IMG/VR virus record: IMGVR_UViG_3300042008_000003
Location: 23,841-87,840 of that record
Source: a virus
Strand: one strand, 5' to 3'
Length of the DNA stretch: 64,000 nucleotides
This document shows, piece after piece, positions 58,889-64,000 of this stretch. The translations under genes were made by a program, and so were the position numbers. Below the pieces are notes generated by a model. It had not been told where the DNA came from, ran no database searches, and worked only from the letters and a program-made list of their open reading frames with translations. How positions within the stretch are numbered: position 1 is the first letter of the stretch; the number at the start of each line of letters is the position of its first letter.

Positions 58889-59083
58889 TGATTAAATTAA
58901 CATGCATCAAAGACGTAATCATGAACACTGGAGTAGTTGCTTTCAAAGCTGGAGAGGATTATAATTTCAATATGAATTGTCATGGGGAAATCTCTAGGAC
59001 AACTGAAAACGGTGTTCATATGTTTAGCCCAAAAGGCATTGATGCTTGGACAATTTATTTTAAATATTCTATGGAGGTGGGTA

Positions 59084-59434
59084 ATGAGTGAAATGATGCG
59101 GTACCACGCTGGAAACATTGATAAGGATCGCGAGGTTTACCTGGCATCCGACTTTGACCGGGTAACCGCCGAGCGTGACGCCCTGCAAGCCCTGCTGACC
59201 GCAACGGATGAGCGTAATGATGAGCGCGATACTGAGATTTCTGCGCAGGTAGAGAGAGCCCTTCGTAGATCGTTCAGCCTGGGCCAAATCTATTGGCAGC
59301 AGGCGGATTCAGATTTTACATACCAGCAGAACAAATCCAATCAGACGATGGAAGTTCAACAGCAGCATATTTTGAATGTGCTGAAGTCATTGAGTGCGGC
59401 ACTCAAGCCAGCAGAGGGTGGTGGTGATGACTAA
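59084..59434 (+). CDS. hypothetical protein of temperate-phage type (GC-rich)
   Basis: GGAGG RBS; DFDRVTAERDALQALLT; GC-rich codons. Confidence 0.65.
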   Translation: MSEMMRYHAGNIDKDREVYLASDFDRVTAERDALQALLTATDERNDERDTEISAQVERALRRSFSLGQIYWQQADSDFTYQQNKSNQTMEVQQQHILNVLKSLSAALKPAEGGGDD

Positions 59435-59969
59435 CACAGTGAAAGTGCCGCGTGAGCTTCTGGTGCGGCTGTGCAACCTTCACGCTACAGGATGGGAAGA
59501 CATAGAGCCTGAGATTAAAGAGCTGCGCGCCCTGCTGGATGCGCCTGCCGACCCATTCAACGCGCAAGGCTGGAGCATCGACCACTCCGCAGGGCGTCCG
59601 ATCCTGATGCACAACAGTTGCAGCGTGATCGAGGCGGAACAGGCGTATGGCCTTCTGGAGCTGATCAAGTCAGCCGCCCAGCCCCAGGGCGAGCCGGTGG
59701 CGCACTGCCTACTCCGGCTGAATGGTGCAGGTGAATGGATAAATGATGCCAAGTCGTGGGCAGATGGAGCCCCGTGCCAAGAGATTGTGTCGGAATGCGA
59801 AAAGCATTCCGAGCTTTACCGCGTGCGCCTGGCCTACGCCGAGCAGCCCGCGCCGGTAGCGGTGGTGATGCCTGAGCATCGTGATTCTAGTCTGGACAAT
59901 CCTAACTACAGTCATGCACGGGGCTGGAACGCCTGCCTTGATGAAGTAACCAGACTGAACCCTAAATAA
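59427..59969 (+). CDS. hypothetical protein of temperate-phage type (GC-rich)
   Basis: VPRELL, AQPQGEPVA, YAEQPAPVAVVMPE, GWNACLDEV.RLN. Confidence 0.7.
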   Translation: MTNTVKVPRELLVRLCNLHATGWEDIEPEIKELRALLDAPADPFNAQGWSIDHSAGRPILMHNSCSVIEAEQAYGLLELIKSAAQPQGEPVAHCLLRLNGAGEWINDAKSWADGAPCQEIVSECEKHSELYRVRLAYAEQPAPVAVVMPEHRDSSLDNPNYSHARGWNACLDEVTRLNPK

Positions 59970-60063
59970 CGATTGACAACCCCTAAATCTATGCCATACT
60001 ACACCACATAAAGAGAAGGAAATAAGTCTTTCTCTGTTGATACCGTAAGTTTAGGAGGTTTTT

Positions 60064-60240
60064 GTGTCTGGTATGGGTCATTTTGTTTGGTTTATTCTTA
60101 CTTTGCTTACAGGCTTTATTGCACTACCGTTCTGGATTTTGGCTGCATTGATCTGTGGAAGTAGTCGTAAGAAAGAAGAACGAGCTATGAATAAAGAACA
60201 GCTTGAGTTATTGAGGCAGTTGGTTAAGGAGAAAAAGTGA
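60064..60240 (+). CDS. small membrane protein (not in ORF track)
   Basis: AGGAGG RBS, GTG start, hydrophobic hairpin then charged tail; lies after the TTGACA promoter at 59973. Confidence 0.55.
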   Translation: MSGMGHFVWFILTLLTGFIALPFWILAALICGSSRKKEERAMNKEQLELLRQLVKEKK

Positions 60241-60574
60241 TGAGTATGAAATATGTAGCTGTGTCAACTATTACTGAGTTTGGGGATAGTGATGTATTCT
60301 GTATTGACTTCTATAAACCTGAAGATGTAGTTGTTTCAGTTGAAGACATGATGGACGAAGAGTTTGCATGGGTAACTGAATTCAAAGTACATTGCTCATG
60401 GGGACAAGACATAGAAATTGACATTGTAAAGGCTCTAAATAAAGCACGAGATAAGGCTAAAGAGCAACAAACATAACAGAAATAATCTGAAATTTCTTCC
60501 AAAGGGCCCTTGCGGCCCTTCTTTTGTTTGTGTAGAATTATCCTAACGAAACAGAAAAGCTTTTGAGGTGTGTC

Positions 60575-61165
60575 ATGACAGCAGGTCGTTTGTATTGCAT
60601 TCAGAGCTGGAACAACGCCAGTGAGACGAGTGGTGAGCAGATTGGGAATCGCCTTGCTCAGTCTCGTGGCTTGCACTTCAATCGTGACGGCTCGGCTAAC
60701 GTTGCCTTGTATGCAGAAGATCAAGACAACAAACGTAAAACCTCTATCCCTTTGTCTGATAGGATTCTCCCACAGAAGAAACGTCTGTCTACACTCCGTG
60801 ACCAACTGATCGAGTTGGAAACAGAATACAAAACCACAGACATGTCAATAGAAGAATATAGCACTCTTCGTGACATTTTGATGGTGAAGATTAATCGTGC
60901 AGAGGTGCTTTACAAGAAAGCTGTGTCAGTCCGTCCTACACAGCCTCAAGAATCAATCGGAGAAGATGAATTACCGATAGAATCAACCTATGAAATCAAC
61001 GATATCCATTCAGCTAACTCAGTGTGTGGTGTAGGGATTATCGACGATTTGAGTGATGAAAATTGCCTGAAACTATTTTTACAAAAGGCTTGCACAACAG
61101 TTAAAACTTTAGTAAAGTGGTGTCAACAGGCAAAAGCCTATTACCAAACGCTTAAAGAGGTGTAA
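60575..61165 (+). CDS. hypothetical protein
   Basis: GAGGT RBS at ATG 60575; coiled coil. Confidence 0.7.
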   Translation: MTAGRLYCIQSWNNASETSGEQIGNRLAQSRGLHFNRDGSANVALYAEDQDNKRKTSIPLSDRILPQKKRLSTLRDQLIELETEYKTTDMSIEEYSTLRDILMVKINRAEVLYKKAVSVRPTQPQESIGEDELPIESTYEINDIHSANSVCGVGIIDDLSDENCLKLFLQKACTTVKTLVKWCQQAKAYYQTLKEV

Positions 61166-61166
61166 A

Positions 61167-61487
61167 ATGAAAGGTTATAAACTATACAAAACTGAGCCTC
61201 ATTCCTACGGCGAGACTAAATATTACCAACGTCGAGTGGATACTGATGAGGGCTTTAAATACCCATTGTGTCTGTGCAATGATCGTGTACATATCAATAT
61301 TGAGGTATGGTCTCTTAACATTTCTGGTACTGATAAAATCAGTTGCAGCATTGAACTTGTCCACGAAAATAAAGAAGGTCAGTGGTGTGATCTTAAGATT
61401 TATTCTTTGACAGAAGACGAGCTTTGGAATAATATTAAATCGCTGGAAGATAAACTGTTGGCTATGTGGGGAGTATTTAGTAAATGA
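61167..61487 (+). CDS. hypothetical protein
   Basis: GAGGT RBS. Confidence 0.65.
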   Translation: MKGYKLYKTEPHSYGETKYYQRRVDTDEGFKYPLCLCNDRVHINIEVWSLNISGTDKISCSIELVHENKEGQWCDLKIYSLTEDELWNNIKSLEDKLLAMWGVFSK

Positions 61488-61960
61488 ACATCCTCCCAAA
61501 TGACATTGTATACGTCTCAAATAAATCCTCTACAGCTGTTGTATTGTGTACGTATGGGGTTTACAATAAGCACAACAAGACACAAGCTTGCCTTAGGACT
61601 CCAATCGACGGTAAGCGTTATTGGAACATTAACGATTTGAATAAGGTGGTGTGAGATGATTACGGTTTAGCTACTATCCTTTGCTCCATTGCTTTAGGGA
61701 TTCATGTTACAGAAGAAAACTGGTGGGGGACGGCGATAATGTTTGTGTTGATTACCATGAATACTTTACTTCTGACAGAACTATTACCTTAAAGGAACAA
61801 ACCAAATGAAACACATCCAACAATACACTGAACACGCTACATTCCAGAAATTCGTTAAGACATCTAAGCGAGATGGTGTAGAAGATTATAGTGATAAGAG
61901 CAGTAAGCGTAATGGCTACAGCAAGCAACGATCATTTAAACGAGATATGTGGAGTGTTGA

Positions 61961-62559
61961 GTGATGATTAGTTACGAAGAATTTCTTAAAGCACCGAATG
62001 ATGTGTTGGAATTTCGTACACAGTATTGTGGAGTTTTCAAGAAAGACAACCGTGCGAGACAGAGCCTTAATAATACTCTTGAAACAAATTGTGTGGCTGT
62101 GTATAGGCACGAGAGTAAATATAAACAGCAATGGGTGAAAGATCATATTGACTGGGATGGTGAGACATTCTATGTTGTAACAGCTAAAGGGAAGATTCTC
62201 CACCATATGAACTCAGAGTGGGGCGGAATAGGTGTAGCAAAATGACTATCAAATTCATTGAAAACAACACATACACTTTACAAACTGACAAGGGGCTTGC
62301 CCCATACAACAGTGTTAAAGTAGTGTGCACGTGGGTGACATATAACACAGCTTACTTTAAACTGTCTACAGACGATCAATCGTTAGGTTCAGATTATAGG
62401 GTTGATCTCCAAAGTAAGAAGTTGCACAAGTGGAATAGCAAAGTGTGTTCATGGGATTTGATTGAGAATACATTGTCTGAGGATACAGTAGAGGATGTGT
62501 GGTCAAAAAGGATGGGTAATGACTCTGATTATTATTCTGGGATTGGGCAAGGAGACTAA
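61961..62559 (+). other. two hypothetical early genes (61961..62245 and ~62242..62559)
   Basis: Coupled ORFs. Confidence 0.55.
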
Positions 62560-62751
62560 GAATGAATACAATTGACAATGGTGTAGAAAAGTTTATCAGT
62601 GCTGTAAAGATTGATACAGAAGAGCGCTTAGGTTGGGAAGTGACTTTTATTGATTATTATGGTAAGGAATGTAAACGTCTGTTGAGTCACTGGCAGGATG
62701 TTGAACGATTTAAGTCTGAGAAATATTACTGGACAGAGTGAAAATAAACAC

Positions 62752-62780
62752 TTGACAACATCTTAATCCTACTCTAGAAT
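62752..62780 (+). promoter_or_regulatory. sigma70-type early promoter with A-rich UP element
   Basis: AAAATAAACAC-TTGACA-17-TAGAAT. Confidence 0.75.
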
Positions 62781-62951
62781 TCACCTATCAGAAACACAAT
62801 TCTTAGGGGATTACACAATGTCAATTGTTCCTGTGACACTTCAAATCTTAGATCAACTTTTTAGCTTCCCAACAGGCTTTGACATTATTGCTTCTTGTAT
62901 TGAGGATTGGTGGGAATCTTATAAATTTATCCAGAGATTGAAAATAGTAGG

Positions 62952-62980
62952 TTGACAACAGCATAGCTCTGTATTAGTAT
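62952..62980 (+). promoter_or_regulatory. sigma70-type early promoter
   Basis: TTGACA-17-TAGTAT. Confidence 0.7.
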
Positions 62981-63193
62981 ATCTATACAGACAAAACAAA
63001 CGAGAACAAAGACCATGAAGCAGTTAAGAACCCCAATGTTTACAATGCTTGATGGCTCAGAAGTTGTTCTATTCCAACCGTATTGGAATGCTTATACACA
63101 TAAGCTGTTCTTAGTGTTAGGAGACCACGGGATGTATTGTCCAGTCGTATTCGACTGATCCTGTAGTTTTTGATTAATTAAAGGAGGTTTGGT

Positions 63194-63466
63194 ATGCAAA
63201 TTCTTACTGATGAGATTAGGACAGCAAGAAAACATCATAAGTGTGATGCTTGTTATTGGTGGGATAGAAGCAACTTCGGTAAGGAAGATGTTACAGCAGA
63301 CGAGTGGTTAATTGTTGAGGGATGTAAAGCTGATAACTATAAAGTAATACCACAATCAAAATATAAGTATACATCATTTGTTTATGATGGTATGATTCAG
63401 GTATTCAAAGGCAGACTAGATATGGACAAGATCTGTATTAAGTATGACCTGTATCCAGAGGAATAA
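63194..63466 (+). CDS. hypothetical Zn-binding protein
   Basis: AGGAGG RBS; RTARKHHKCDAC. Confidence 0.7.
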   Translation: MQILTDEIRTARKHHKCDACYWWDRSNFGKEDVTADEWLIVEGCKADNYKVIPQSKYKYTSFVYDGMIQVFKGRLDMDKICIKYDLYPEE

Positions 63467-63653
63467 CTCATGTACTCCCTAAAAGACATTGTACGAATCA
63501 ATGACATCCTTTCTGACTATCACGGTGTTAAGTGTGTTGTTGTGAAGAAAGGAAAGAAGTATTATGATGTAGAGACATTGAACACAAAGACTCGGATTAG
63601 AGTGGTGCAAGAGCAGATTATTGGGAGTGTTAAAAATAAATCAAAATAAACAG

Positions 63654-63681
63654 TTGACACACAAAGCCAGCGGTGTAGAAT
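63654..63681 (+). promoter_or_regulatory. sigma70-type early promoter with UP element
   Basis: AAAATAAACAG-TTGACA-16-TAGAAT. Confidence 0.7.
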
Positions 63682-64000
63682 AGAACACATAGGAAGAAGG
63701 AACAGAATGTTCCATAAGAAAACTCCTAAACCATAAGAGAATGCGACCATGGCACTTAAAGAGAATATCTATTCAGTCGATAAGAAAACAAACACAATTG
63801 TTCGTGTATCTCGTACATATCTTTCAGCCATCCAATTTGCTGATTATGACACTATGTACATTTGCACTTCTGTGTTTCAAAACCTTAAGAAAGGTGATGT
63901 GATGGTTGATGTTAAGGAAGTGCTGTGATGAACACTGAATCTTGGACACCACTTTATCTTGACTACATCACCCACTATGGCGATACACAGAAGTCTTTTA

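Overview
A 64-kb segment of an AT-rich lytic myovirus genome. Gene order resembles Pseudomonas PAK_P1/phiPsa374-like phages; this is inferred, not searched. Bases 1-29.1k (+) hold the packaging, head, contractile tail, baseplate, fibre/spike and lysis genes. Bases 29.2-50.5k (-) hold nucleotide metabolism (NrdAB, ThyX, MazG-like, HAD, DUF5664) and replication genes (exonuclease, SSB, family-B DNA polymerase, primase-helicase). Bases 50.5-64k (+) hold many small early genes behind sigma70-type promoters. The most striking pattern is eight free-standing homing-endonuclease genes, most beside essential genes. One sits in baseplate J, leaving the first 31 codons stranded upstream while a synonymously recoded 5' end lies downstream. 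Another is bounded exactly by an 8-bp duplication of the downstream gene's start. Several carry RNA structures that occlude their own ribosome-binding site, including a three-way-junction/pseudoknot leader. Other notable items: a relic of a replaced endolysin, an EF-Ts N-terminal-domain mimic, a candidate iteron origin with RHH and HTH genes, a -1 frameshift in the tail chaperone, and a GC-rich island. No tRNAs, CRISPR arrays or obvious introns/inteins were seen.
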